Of a stretch of DNA of 64,000 nt, positions 37,000 through 51,000 are shown in pieces; position 1 is the stretch's first letter; every line of letters begins with the position of its first letter. Made by a program: the position numbers and the translations under genes. The notes beneath the pieces were generated by a model that searched no databases, was not told the DNA's origin, and worked only from the letters and a program-made list of their open reading frames with translations. Source of the stretch: Podarcis tiliguerta (lineage: Eukaryota); NCBI GenBank assembly GCA_965153285.1, contig OZ229112.1. One strand, written 5' to 3'.

Positions 37000-37960
37000 G
37001 GGAGATGAAAGTTGTTATATTCTCTCTTTCCATTCATTTCCTATCTGTCCAAGCAACTTTATTTTATATATATATAGAAATAGTATATAACTCCAATACA
37101 TCCTCTTCCCACTTTCTGTCTAGAAGTGAACTTTTCATTTAAGTGCAATTTAATCTTTACATTATGTAGATTTAGAGATTTAATAAGATGCCGAGAGAAA
37201 ATGGCAAACTTCACGAACTGCCTCTTTCACATATGAGTGTATTCCTTTTTAACATTTTTATACCTTGAGGTAGAAAAGCTTATTCATCTTTTCACCAGAT
37301 ATCTGAATACCAACATCTCATTATGTCCTCGGGGTACCCAACCATTTCTGAGAAAGCTTCGCAATTCCTGTCCTTCTCCTATGTAAAGACAGTCAGCACA
37401 TAATTCATTTCCTCATATCTGAAGAAAGGTGCAAAGGAAATTATTTTGGTGCTAAGGTTAGCATTGGCTCTGAAGCAGCCAATCCTGTACTTCTTTGAGA
37501 GGTGTTGTTTGCATAATATACATAGAAACACCACGGTACTTGCAAACCAGGAACAACTATCTAACTTTCCAGTAATTGGTAAGCAGAACCTTTTAGTACA
37601 GGGATATCAACTGACCAAATAAATAAACAAATGAAAGAAAGATGCAGCCACAGGACCTCGCAGATGAATGGGTCCCTTTCAGTGAGGCCATTGTCAGCCC
37701 ATCTGCTTATAGGCTGTACTGGGGACAGGGGAAAGAACAATCTCAGCAGAGCTTGGCTGTTGAAGTTAGGGTCATAGCCCTAGGCAGGCACAAATGCAAC
37801 CATGTCTTCAGAATTTTTAATAATGGGGTTGGGGTCAGTTTTCCTACTCTTTCCTTCCATGCTTTAAGCATGAACTGTATTGACCTGTTTAGCATTGTGG
37901 GAATTTTCCTTAGTTTCTTATGGAGGAATGGGTCTGCTGTAGTGAGGTTGTTTCCATTGG
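37000..37960 (-). mobile_element. Highly decayed L1-like ORF2 (RT region)
   Basis: Minus-strand remnants in the expected order: LLKILK..TAKL, PLSPV, ISRWADN (YADD-like), KYRGV (KYLG-like), with many stops and deletions; boundaries approximate. Confidence 0.5.
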
Positions 37961-38725
37961 TATCTAACTCCATGTGCACCCATTGTTTCATTTTGTCTTC
38001 TAGGATAAATGAGATTATGTGGAGCACTCCTTGGTTGGCAAAGTAGTATAGTTCTATGTTGGGAATTCACTCTGGTGTCACTCCCCTCTATACAGCACAA
38101 CAAAATGACCTATTCCCCCAACATCTTATGAATCAATATGGCTAATCTGACTCAAAAACTGACTCCTCCCCCATACATACAAACAGTACTGCAACCAAAA
38201 AGCTGCAACCAAGCAAGCTCTAGCCCCTCCAGTCTCTCACAATGCCAACAAAAATGAATAAATATACTCTATAAATAAAGGACCTACCCATGTGATACTG
38301 ACACAAAATCCCTGCACAAACACTATGCAACCAAATGAAATACCAATATCCCCCATCTCTCTCTCCCTGCCTCTCTCCTCTCTTTCTCCCAACCACACAA
38401 TGCATATGCCAACAGTGTCTCATACCAAATGCAAGCAAACTGCCACAAAGGCTCTATGAATTGAAAGTGGAGACACTATATGCACTTTCCTTTGATTATT
38501 TGTTTGCTTCTTACTCAAGAAAATCTTTAATAAAAACTATTTAAAAAAAAAACAACAATTCTTAACTATGACATCACCACTAGGCTGTTTAAGCACAATC
38601 CTAGCACTGATAGGATGGTGCCATAAGGCTGTGATTCTAGGTCCCCATTTTCAGGAGTATTTTCAATTGAAAACAGAGGGACTTGCTTTCCAATAGTTCT
38701 TATTAATAGCAAGTACAACTGTGTA

Positions 38726-38967
38726 CAGTGGTACCTCTGGTTACGAACTTAATTTGTTCTGGAGGTCTGTTCTTAAGTTGAAACCATTCTTATCTTGAGG
38801 TGTGCTTTCGCTAATGGGGCCTCCCACTGCACACGTGCCTCTGGTGCATGATTTCTGTTCACATCCTGGTGCAAAGTTTGCAGCCAGGAGCAGCTATTTC
38901 TGGGTTAGCGGAGTTCGTAACCCGAAGCGTTCGTAACCAGAAGCGTTCATAACCAGAGGTACCACTG
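38726..38967 (-). mobile_element. Tc1/mariner-type MITE (CAGTGGTACC family)
   Basis: TA|cagtggtacctctggttacgaac ... gttcataaccagaggtaccactg|TA; three tandem ttcgtaacc(c/a)gaagcg units. Confidence 0.92.
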
Positions 38968-39851
38968 TACAAGCAATGTGTTCTGCACAAGCAGTGTCCA
39001 GCAGTGTCATGCATCGCTGGCACTTACTAAAAGGGAGAGGGATAAGGCACTACGGAGCTCAGCATGGTACAGGTACAGACACAGCCAGTCTGAAGCTCCT
39101 GTTCCACTTCTGGCACCATGCTGAGCTCTCTGGTGCCTTGCCCCTTGCCATCTCCATCTTGATAAGTGGCAGCAGGTCAAGAAGCCAGGAGAGCGATACA
39201 GCCCCTTCCTCACTGCCCTGCCAGCCACATGCACTATTTCTTTAGACAGTATCTGCTCATGAGAAAAGCTCATACTACTAACCTGTGATGCAGGCCAACC
39301 CATTCAGCACTCCTCTTAAAACAGTCATGTCATGTGGCTGCCGGAGAATAATCTAATGATGCTGTATAACAAAATCAATTTACACTGAGGTTCTTCATTT
39401 TCTGCGAAAAGCCAGTGCAAATAAATCACATGGTTTATTTTCTTCTCTGACCCTGTTAGCACATTTTAAAGCTCTGTGGGTAGTTCAGGTGTTGGTGAAT
39501 TTATCCTGAGTAATTCTTAAATTACAATTCCTACTCACTACGCCCATGGAGAATAAAGAATTGGTTTAATGCTGTGGTGCTGCATGTATTTGTACGAAAG
39601 AGACCACGCATAAGAAATGTGGGCAGAACGGTAGCTTAAGCAGAATGAAATTGGTTTGCGTGAATGTTTCTGAAGTTGCTTTGCTATCAGTAAGATTGGC
39701 GGGGAAGTAACTATTGATTAAACAGAAAATGTTGAAATATTGGTGTGGTATTCTACTAAGCTTTACTCAGAATAGACCTGTTGAAGCTAATGGGCTTAAC
39801 TCAGTCATGTTCATGAATTTCTGTGAGTCTATTCTGAGTTAAGCTTAGTTG

Positions 39852-39960
39852 CAGGGCTGCCAACTTGAATAAGCCCTGTCCCACACAATTGATCACAAGA
39901 TGTGGTACACACGCACCATTTGAATGGCAGTGTCCATCAACTTGGGCAGGGCCTGCCAGA
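39852..39960 (+). mobile_element. hAT-like MITE fragment
   Basis: caggg(c/g)tgccaacttgaataa...caccatttgaatgg shared with 60487-60612. Confidence 0.6.
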
Positions 39961-40109
39961 CCTAACTGAAATCTCCCCTCACTGTAGTTTTATCAACTCT
40001 TCAGGAATGAAGAGTAAAAATGGTTCAAGATAAAATAAATAAATAAGTGGTTCAAGATTAAATAAATAAATAAATCTTTAGAAGATGCCCCTATGACAAG
40101 TGCAGTGTG

Positions 40110-40113
<4 letters not shown>

Positions 40114-40157
<44 letters not shown>
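40114..40157. repeat. (GA)n microsatellite
   Basis: Seen directly. Confidence 0.95.
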
Positions 40158-40159
<2 letters not shown>

Positions 40160-41289
40160 CCCTGCAATGAAAATATCATTGTCCTTTTCTGGCATAGGTT
40201 ATTAAAAGTGGTTATAACAATGTTCATGTGAGTCTACAGAAAACGAAGAGCAAATTCTGGGATGGCATTAGCTTGTGTTGACATGTGGCTAAAGGATTTC
40301 AACAGCTGGAATTCAATTAGCTACATGGGGAAATGCCTGCTTTCTGGCTGCCTAAAATGCTGAAATGCACCAGTCCTGCTGTGTGATTAGTGCTTTAGTT
40401 TTATTCATTCACATTTAAGTAGTCTCCTTCTGTGTGGAATAGCCAGTAACAACTTTGTTTCATGGCAACATAAGACCAAAATAATAAAAAATAAATAAAT
40501 GCCCCCTATCTTGTTAATGCTTGTTTTTGTTAAGGCGAAAGATTATGCATCCTCTGTAGGTAAGATTATGATCCTAAGGACATTTAGTTGTTGGATGTAA
40601 GTTCCAGTGAAATGCGTGGAACTCTCTTCCAAATGTGTGTGGAAAGGATTAGGCTGTAGAACTTTTCATCCAGCTTGGAAAGGAGGTTAACCAAAGGTTA
40701 ATATCCTTAGAAGTGGAATTGATATTAAGGACTTATGACTACTACAGGAATCATTGGACATTTTAGAGTGTCTCTATTGCACTAGAAAATATCATTTTAT
40801 AAATACACATCTATTTTATGAGTACATCGATTTTATGAGCACACTTTGTCCAAAAAAAAAAAAGTCCAGGAGAGTATCAAAGTTTTTACAGGTTATGACT
40901 TGTTTTTATCAGTGCCCACAATACCATTTATTTGATTACGTATCCATGGTCAACCTTGGCACTTACATCATATATACTCTTGTCTTTATACCAAAAGCAA
41001 ACAGAGATCACAAGACCTGAGAAAATGGTAGTGGGCAAACCGGGGACTATCAAAGTTCACCAGCTTATTTGTCAAGTAATCACTCCTCTCGAACCCCTTG
41101 CAGGCGCTACCTTTCTGTAGCCTTCCAAAGGCAAACAACGAAAACATGTATTTTGCTGGATTGGGAGTAAGGAGACAGGTTTAAGTTGAGTAGCCATTCC
41201 CTTTAATGATTGTTTGCATTGTTTTTAATAGTGTTGTAAACTTGTTCGTCGCCCTCATATTTTATGATACGGCAGTATAGAAATACTTC

Positions 41290-42200
41290 CATAAATAATC
41301 AATCAATATAAGTTTATTGTTCTTGCCAAAGCCATTAAAAACCTTCAGCGACAGTACCAAAGAAACAATACTGATCATACACCCATAATATGATCCAACA
41401 TCTGTGCTGTAAGAGAGAGGTTGCCAGAGGCTCCAACAAGCTCAAGTCCAGCTTGATTTCAAATTAAACACCCAATTCACCACAACAGTTTATAGAAATT
41501 TTATCTATCTCCATTTTCCTGTCTTCTTGTTGTTTCTTTTGCAGCCAGTGCACAGAGGGCCACACTCTGTGTTACAAATATATTATTGTCACTCAAAAGA
41601 AACTGGAACATTTCTGTTGGGATGTACACACTTGTTTGTGTGAACAAAGGTTTCAGAGATCTGCTGGGTCTCTCTATATAAGGCACAGGCTAACAGACAA
41701 TGAGTGATGTCTCCCACCTGAGGCTGACCACAAATACAAAATATTTCTGTGTACAGGACCTTGTTGTACTGCCCATCCAAGGCTGCACTGGGCATCATTT
41801 GGAAACACAGCTCAAAAAAGGCATTTCTTAAGGAAACTGGTGAGGGTTTGGTCAGATAACTAGCCTAAAATGTTCTGTTCTCAAGAGTGGATACCAAGGG
41901 GGAAATCTGGTGTTTCTGATTAGTTGCAAGTCCTTTCTTGGTTTTTATCCAGAATCCCTTAGTTGACACTTTTTCAAAGTCAAAGCTGGAAAATTATGAT
42001 AGTCTAAAACATATTGACAAGCTGCTTTCCAGAGTTTATTACCCAATTCCATATAGCACAAAGCAGGAAAATGCTCAATAACAAAAGCTGGTATTCCAAA
42101 TCTCTTGATTCTGGACCCTCATTTTGAAATTCTATACCTCTTCCTGGTATAGACTGGTAACAGGCTGGTAAGGTCCTGAAACTTCCAAATCAAACTCTGA
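41290..42200 (-). mobile_element. LINE 3' fragment with C-terminal CxC-x8-H-x4-C knuckle (RTE-X-like)
   Basis: ORF 41589..41798(-) reads MPSAALDGQYNKVLYTEIFCICGQPQVGDITHCLLACALYRE; the minus-strand 3' end has aataaa followed by ttgattgatt. Clade assignment tentative. Confidence 0.65.
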
Positions 42201-42996
42201 GACCTTCTAACACAATTTGCAAATGTCGTAATGATAGATAAATGCATTATGTTGCTTAACATTCTCAACTAACATTCAAGCAGTGTGTTTCTTATGCTGA
42301 GTTTTTGATAATTCACTTCAGGTTCACAAGTACTTTGCATTTTATCAAATGTACTTGGTGTCAGCAAGTCTGTTTATAGCTCTGAAAATGAAACAAATTT
42401 GCCTGACGTTTTATCACCAATCCCTTGGAGATTAGACAAAGCGAAGTAGTAAGGTATCATTGTGGAACATTCAAAAATGAACAAAGGCTTCGGCAGGCAC
42501 CCTAAATAATTGCTCTCTCAAAGATTAAACATTGCTGTGAATTTTAACCATATTTTCCACAGCTGATCATGCAGCTAGAGTGCCATATACTAATACTTAG
42601 TATTTCTAAATCTGGACTGCAATCATAAACCTGTTTACTTGGAATTAACCCCATTGAACTCAATGGGACATACTTCTGAGTAGGCATGCATACAATGGTG
42701 CTGTTAGGAAGCTAGTTCCTGTGCAGTGTCTCAGGAAAATTGGCAGCAACCCTGTAAAAAAAGGTGAATGGTGCCTGCCCACCCCCTGTGTTACTTGAAA
42801 TGAAACTATGTCAGAACAAAGCATCATTTCAGGGCTGTAGGACACTGTAGGACTGTCAGTAAGCTTCATCCATTCCAAAATCCTCTCCACCTCCCAAGTC
42901 AGAAGAGAAGGTGCTGTTTCAAACTTTCCCTCTTTTGTCCCAGGATCCCATCAAATTTTGGTTGAACGTTTGGATATCTGAAAGTGAAACGCAATA

Positions 42997-43221
42997 CAGT
43001 GGTACCTCGGGTTACATACGCTTCAGGTTACAGACTCCGCTAACCCAGAAATAGTGCTTCAGGTTAAGAACTTTGCTTCAGGATAAGAACAGAAATTGTG
43101 CTCCGGCGGCGCGGCAACAGCAGGAGGCCCATTAGCTAAAGTAGTGCTTCAGGTTAAGAACAGTTTCAGGTTAAGAACTGACCTCCAGAACGAATTAAAT
43201 ACTTAACCCGAGGTACCACTG
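42997..43221 (+). mobile_element. Tc1/mariner-type MITE (CAGTGGTACC family)
   Basis: TA|cagtggtacctcgggtta ... taacccgaggtaccactg|TA, a perfect 18-bp TIR. Confidence 0.95.
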
Positions 43222-44164
43222 TACTGTTTTTTTCTTCTTCTCATCATATTGCAAATGAGAGGCTGAGACTGAAATAGTGTCCTAGTTGCCTTAGTTATCA
43301 GTCACACTTACATTTCACATTTGGAATATTATTTCTAATCCACCATGCTGTACCCTTTTTGTTGCCTGGGTTGATGATAGATAGATGTAGCTTTTCCCAG
43401 GGACTTAAAATGCTGTGCCCCCCTCCCCTTGTAAAGACACTTTGTGTGGTTCCTCCAGAAAATAAGGTATGCCAGCAAGTGCCAGCACAGCAGTGACAAT
43501 AAGTGCTGCTGTTGTTGGGCCAGGACAGCGGACAGCTCCTCTTACATGAGCCCTGGGAGTCTTGCACCTATTTATTGTAATGCAACATTGAAACAGGTTT
43601 TTGCAATATTTTATTTTGTGATAGCATCAGATGCAATCTCAAGTCAACCAGCATCCATCCAATCTGACTGGTTTCTCCTTGCTTTGTTCACATGTTCAGA
43701 AAATCTCTGTTGATGTTATTGGAGGATTTGTGTTGTTTCTGTAAATTCTTCATGAGACCCATTTGGTTTCTTGCTCTGACTTGCACACGTGTAAAATACT
43801 TTGATTCTAGTTTCAATTTATGAATTAATTGGCATTCAAATGCTCACGAAGAACAATGCATATTATTGTATACTTCTAAGAATATTGAAATAATTTTTAA
43901 TAATTGCTATTGTCATAAAAGCTGATATGTGGATGACATGGAAGTATAAATTGTTCAGCGATAATGCTGAAATAGAATATAATTGTTTTTACTCGTATAC
44001 ATACCAGCATTATATTGTTTGAAGCAAATGAGTTTTGCCCATTATTAGTTCTACTCCGAGTAAATCCACTGAAATTAATGGGTGAGAATTAGTCCTGCTG
44101 GGGGTTGGGTGAAGGTGTAGATTGGGTTGGTAAGCAACATGAGTAGGGGCAAAGCCCCTAGTAT

Positions 44165-44355
44165 GAACATAAGAAGAGCCCATTGGATCAAACCAATGGT
44201 CTATCTAGTTCAGCACCCTGTGGGAAGTCTGAAATCAAGACCTGAGCACAACAACCTCCTCTCCCTACTGTGATTTCCAGAAACTGGTATTCAGAAGCAT
44301 ACTGCCTCCCACCATCGAGGAAAAAAATAGCCATGGCAGCTAGTAGCTATTGGTC
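44165..44355 (-). mobile_element. CR1-type LINE 3' end
   Basis: aacataagaagagcccattggatcaaaccaatggtctatctagttcagcaccctg...aactggtattcagaagcatactgcctcc. Confidence 0.75.
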
Positions 44356-47199
44356 CATAGCTACTGTTGACTAATGTGCAATATATGGTATTATGATATC
44401 TGATGGCAGCAAGTGATAAAGGATTAGGGAAATTAAGTAATAAGTCAAAGCTAAGGAAAACACTGGTGTGTGAGACACCTTATGACAAAACAGAATAAAT
44501 AGTGGAGGGGTTGTTGATGTTGCTATCATAATCAATAATAAGGCTAGTTAACTTTTCACCGTTCTAAGAGCTTGAAGCCACATATTTGGTATATAGTTGT
44601 GGAGTGCTTTGAAAGGTAAGGTGGGGACCTGGTCTTTAGCTGCTCCACATTCCCACAGACTTTTCATTATACACTCATATATACACTTTCAGTACGCGAA
44701 ATGTGACATTTCTCAAGTGTTATTGAGTGTCATGTTGGGGGAAATGCATTTTGTCAAACTTGCATGTGAAGTCAACATTTCAGCTCCTAAGCCACATACC
44801 CTTTGAGTAAGAGGCTTTCTGTGTTGCACAGGGCAGAGTCGAGGTGCTGCCTTGACCTGCACATTTTCAGGACACACTCGAAGTGCTTTTTTCTTCCTTT
44901 TTTCCTGTAGAGAGAAATGGCCTCATTTTCTTTCTTTCTTTAGATAAATACTAACTTCCTTGTGAATAGAAAAAAATGGTACTAGTAAACACATTTGCAA
45001 GCATAAATACACTGTTGACTAAAACTACTAATCGCTCCTCTTTGAGTTGAAACTCTGTGAAGTTTATAAAGGTGAACATTTCCACACTCTTCAGTTCTTG
45101 ACACATGTTCTTTGCCTGTGTCATTGATGTATGGACTTTTCTGATTGTACATGCATGAGCATCATCAGTTGGTTGACCAGTCCTTGCCTGTTTCAAGCAC
45201 GGATAGTGAACACATTCCTTTTACCCATTGAGCCAGACTGGAGAGAAGAGTATAATACCAAATGAGCGAAGCTGACTTTGGCCATCAGTGAGCTCTAGGT
45301 TTCGCAAATGGCTTGGATTGTTGCATAGCATTATAGTCTGAGTTGAGTGGTGAAGTAAACAAATTACTAATTCACCAGGCAGCCAATTTTCACAAGGATT
45401 CACTCCACCTAACATTTTGGGATAAAAGGGCCCAGTTAAAAAGTAGCTGTGATTGATGAGTAATCCCACAATAGGCTGAATAGGGTATGGGTAGAATCGA
45501 CATTAGCATTCAACTCCTTAAAAAAAAAAAGTTTAAATGGATGCACTGTGATGTCATTGTAGATAATAAGAACACTTTATATAGGGACTGGAAAACAACA
45601 GAAAACTTTCTAGGAGATGTTTTCTTCTAGGGGGCAACTTGTTTAGATTGTAAATAGATTTTTGTTCCTGTTCAAAAGCAGAGAACCTCATTACAATGTC
45701 TGAATATTGTTCCAAATACCTGAGGGGAGTTTCAAGTGGTTCATCTTCAACTTTTGCTTGTCACCTGCGGTCATACACTTCATTTGTTTTTTTGTGAAAA
45801 TAAGGCATACTTAATTCTCCGTGCTTTTGTGCACAGTGAAAGAACTAGGAAGCAGTGTTTTATCACAAAAACACAAGTAGGTTTGCTGTTTCGTGTAATG
45901 GGTAGATAACATTTCTGTTATTCAGTTTGGCTTGTTTTAGATGTGCTACTTAATTGTGTGTCTCCGTATGCTTTGTACAATGTATTCTTGCTATATTCCC
46001 AGGTGAAATATTTCACTTAATTTGTTTTAAATGCATCCATTTGTTAATGTGTTAGGAATGCTCCAGTATAAAGGGAGAAACTAAGCATAATACACAGGCC
46101 TGTGTACTATTGATTTGAAGCTCCTTTTTAGACAGGAAATGCTTCTTGCAGAGAGGGAGCTACAATTGAAACACTGTGGGCAGAAAAAAATTATGGGTGG
46201 GTGGATAATTTGGGTAAGGGAAGAAACTGGCAAGGAGAGAGGTATGTGTGTGTGGAGAGACAGGGGGGAGAGAGGGGGAGGGAGGGAGGGAGAGAGAGAC
46301 CTTACTGCTGCAGTTGCATCTCTAATCCCAACTGCCCCCGGGAAGTGACTTTCTCCCTCTTACATGGTAGTTCAACTAATGCTACACTTATTTGTATTCA
46401 TCTAGTGGAGCCCCAAGTCTGCCACCCCCACCCTAGAACAGTTCTATTGCTTCTTTTGACACTTTGTTGTTCTAGATCAATGGGATGCAGAATATTAAGG
46501 ATGCATCAACATAACACACACCCAGTTATCTTCCTTTGACTGTGTGTTGCTGGGGTTCTGATTTGGAAATCTTCAGATAAATCCTTTTTTCTTGTCAAAA
46601 TATATTTTGACTTTATTGCATGCTGTCCAAATATCTGTCAAAATGACAATATTAATATGTCCTGCTTCTTTCAGACTGTCCCAATTGGTTTTTGTTTTGT
46701 TTTGTTTTGTTTAAAAAATGACTTTTCTGCTTAAGCTTTCGATTTAGAAATAAATCAAGCGCTGCAGAGAAGGAACTAGTGTTTGTTTTGATTTCATTTC
46801 CTATCTCCCATGTTGATAAAATCATTAGAACCAGAGTGACATGTGTCTTCACCCTAAACCAATGCCTTGCTTCAAAAAGAATCATCTTCCACTGAAATTC
46901 TGTAAAGTTCGTATAATCCAACATTGCTCAAAGCTTTATTATGTTGTATTACTGGTAGTGGGCATGATGCTGATAGTGTTGTATCGTATATAGGAAGCTG
47001 TCATTCATTTGGGTCAGACCATTACAGCAATGAGTTCTCTTGAAGCTAATCTGCCAGCAGTGGGTGGGGCAATAAACGGTAGTACTTGGGACCAGAGAGA
47101 TACTTCACACTGCTGGGGAGTGCAGGCATAGATTGCATACTCCTGAACTTAGATTTAAAAAAAGGAAAGTTCCTAGGAGATTATGTATAAAGATTGAAG

Positions 47200-48000
47200 A
47201 ATGTGTATATTAGCTGGGGAATGTACAAAATGCAGTACAGATGTGCACAATCCCATAAGCCTGTTGAGCCTTACGTTTATTAGCCAAAGAATGTACAGAA
47301 TTCAGTTGAACGATGCACATTCCCCAAAGCCCCTTGAAGATTATGCCCAGTGGCTGAATAATATATAAAACATAGTCAGTATATGCACATTCCTCAAGGC
47401 TCTTTGGAGATGGTGTATATTGGCTGCAAAATGTGCACAATTCCATCTTCATGCAAGGGTTATGTGCACATTCTCCATGAGAACTGGTGGACATGCACAA
47501 TGGACAGTTGTTGCACATATTAGCCACATTAACGCATACAGTTTAGGGCATTTGCATAAGAGTCATATGGGGTACCAGAGAGATTCATATTTCTCAAGGC
47601 CTGTTGGGGGTTATGCATAACAGTTGGAGAATGTACAAAATTCAGACAAGATGTGCACATTCCCCAAGGCCTTTTAGAGAGTACAGTGGTACCTCGGGTT
47701 ACAGACGCTTCAAGTTACAGACTCCGCTAACCCAGAAATAGTACCTCGGGTTAAGAACTTTGCTTCAGGATGAGAACAGAAATAGCACAGCGGCAGCGGG
47801 AGGCCCCATTAGCTAAAGTGGTGCTTCAAGTTAAGAACAGTTTCAGGTTAAGAACGGACCTCCAGAACGAATTAAGTTCTTAACCTGAGGTACCACTGTA
47901 TGTATATTGACTGGAAAATGTACATAACTCTCTTTTTTTCATGGAAAGATTATATACACATTCTCTTGAGGCCTGGAGAATGTGCACAATGGCTGGTTGT
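47200..48000. repeat. Degenerate ~65-bp tandem repeat (minisatellite) interrupted by a MITE
   Basis: Recurrent unit gaatgtacaaaattcag...atgtgcacattccccaaggcc, clearest near 47218, 47288 and 47628, with more diverged copies between and after. Confidence 0.7.
47684..47898 (+). mobile_element. Tc1/mariner-type MITE (CAGTGGTACC family)
   Basis: TA|cagtggtacctcgggtta ... taacctgaggtaccactg|TA. Confidence 0.95.
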
Positions 48001-51000
48001 TATGCATGTTAGCTGCTAAATTTACATATTTATTTACACAGAGAGTAGTTGTAAGTCTCTGTTAACCTTTAAATAATTATTGAAGGACAACCTCAACCCC
48101 ACAATATTTATGTGTTTGTGTCTGTGGGAGCGTACTCCTATAAAGTCTGTATGTGTTATACTTGTCTGCACACCAATCTGAAGATACAGCCTTCAAATAT
48201 AAATTCATTCTTTCTGAAGAATTAATCTGATTGAATGGTGTGGGGGGTTTTCCTGGGGAGCGCCAAGCCAACCTTTACAGAATATCTACAGAGCAGTATC
48301 TTGCACATAGGCTAAGATACCTGATGAAACACTTTAGAAGAAGTTTTTGATATCTCTCCCTGTTGAAGGGCTGATCTTTTGCCTGTCACCCTCAAAGGAA
48401 CCATTGACACTCGTTATTAAAGATAAGGCATATGAAATGATGCCCTCTCTACATTTTCATGCTTTTTAAAGATCAGTTCACAGAAAAGCTCATTGAGTCA
48501 ACTGAAGTTCAATGTGCTCTCTCCCCCCCCCCACACCCCTTTTTTAATCCTTATTTGCAGTTCCCTAATCCAAGGTTGAATGGATAACTTGTTTTCCTTT
48601 GAAAGAGCTGGTCTTGGCCACTGGCTGGCACGATCACAGATTTCGAGTAAAGTATCACACTCCATAATGTTTATCTCAATTGAATCAGTTTCAGTCTCAG
48701 AACCACTTGATGATATTCAGACTTCTATATATCTCCAATCACTGCAATGCTTTGCTGCCTGGGATTCTTTTTCATGGGTTATCTGCAAAAGGTACTTAAA
48801 ATAATATCACTATCTCCCCACCACCAGTGCCCGCCCCGAGTTTATGAGTCTTTATGATATGCTTCAGGATAACATTTCATATTCCAGGATATTTAGGGCA
48901 TGACATTTAACTTCACATATACTTGTATTTGGAGGCTAACAATTACTCTAGTTTTTTTTAAAAAATTAAATTGTAAATTTCCATGTGTTTTGACATTAGC
49001 AATTTGCTCTTTTTCCTGCTCAGTTATAAGGGAAATAGTTTGACCTACTCTTGCAGAGTATGTTTCATCTTTCTGAGCAGTATAACCATGTTAAAGGTGA
49101 CTTAATCCTTAGCATACTTACTTGGAAGTAAATTCATTTGAAATCAGCTCCTCTTTCTTCCAAGTAAATGTATCTGGGACTGGAATATAAGTAGAGATGC
49201 TTGAGGAATTTTATATTAGTGAATTCCAGTGCAACTGACATTATCTGTACCTGTAGGACTAATGTATAGATGATTAATTAGTTATCCACCAGCTTTTGAA
49301 CATCACAGTTTTTGGCTCAAATAATGCATGGATGTTGTTTGGGGGGAAATACATTTGAAATACGTGTTTAAATGGAAAAAAATCCTGCAGATTTTTTAAA
49401 ATGCAGAAATGGAATGTGATGGCCTTATGAGTGAACACATGTGAAAGAGGAGCAGACTAGAAATAGATAGATAGATTCATTCATTCATCCCTTAATATAA
49501 CATAGCTCTCCTAAACCCCATTATATGGATAACGGTTCTGCTGAAATTTATAATACATTTCAGTTACATTATAGCCTTTTAAACTTAGGATAAATGCCAG
49601 GATATATGATGGCAATTCTTCTTCATGTGATGTGTACCTGAACATGAGTGCAGTTGGCTGTCCATTGCAAATCATGCCCCTGATTACTGTTCCATTTTTG
49701 TCAATCATCTTCTTGCAGTTCCAGCCAGGTGGTACAAGCAAGACATTTCTGTAGGCCCTTGTGGGTGCCATAAAAGTGGTATATCACAGATTATGTAGCC
49801 TGGTCTAACTACTTTGTTTTACCTAGTGTAGAGGGATATTGCACATCAAAATCTTAATTCCTTTAGAACTAAAAAATCAACAACCAACAACCCTCCAGAA
49901 GATCAGTGAAGGTTGTCAGGCAGAATACTTGGATGTGAAAAAAAATCTCCCCAAAAGTAACAGAATGGAATGAGGAAGATCTGATCACCTCTTCTTCAAA
50001 GCTCCAAGGCTCAGAGAGATTTGAAAAGTCTGGGCTGAGCTGAGGCTTGTGTAGTAGAACCCTCAAAACAACCAAGGGCATGTCATTGACAGTGAACTTT
50101 TGAGTGTGTTCTGGAAAAGAAAGAACGAACAGAAGCACTCAAGACCCAGACCTGACACTCATAGCTAGCAGTTCACGCTGGGGTTGACAGATTGACATGA
50201 TCCACTGTACAAAAAGCTACACACCAAAGGTCCAAGCATACCAGGAGGGAGGAGTTGCCTCCATCAACTTCTAGGAATATATATATAATATATATTCCAC
50301 CAGGACTACTGAAGCTGCTTCAGTTCAGAAGCCTATATTGTACTGCAGGCATGAGTAGAGTGCTCAAATAGACACATGCCTTCACACCATGGAGAACTCG
50401 TTCAAGCAAGTGTGTGCAACGGCCCGTAACAAATACATTGTTACCTAAGGCACAGGAGAATTCTTGCATTGTACAAATGGTCTTGTGAGTGCCCTTAACT
50501 GCCCCACAATGACACCAATTGTGCAAAGGACAACTAGATAGTTGGTTGTTGTATATCTGCTTACCTGGCTTCACCATGATGTCTAAAACCACTGCCTGCT
50601 TCACCGCTTGGTGATGGATTATAAGTAGGTTGACCTATAATTTTTGCATAGACATTCTTGAGGTACCTACTGCTGAATGATCATTCAAACACCAGTCTTG
50701 TAATGAAGTTTGCTGGGTTTAGTTCAACTATAGGCTAATGCAACGTCAAACCAAAGCATATTTACAAAATCAAAACAAAAAAAATCCTTTTGATGAATTG
50801 CTGGAAAAGGAAAAACAATGAAAATGTCATCAGAAGCTCTCCTTATGCTAATAACTGATAATTCATAAATGATTATGCTGGAAAATTACACTGGAGAGCC
50901 TGTCATCAATGTGAAATAGTATAGATTTCAGTAAGAATTACGACTTGCTATTTACAAGTTTCTCCATGGCAATTTGTCATACTTGTCATTCAAGTAGATA

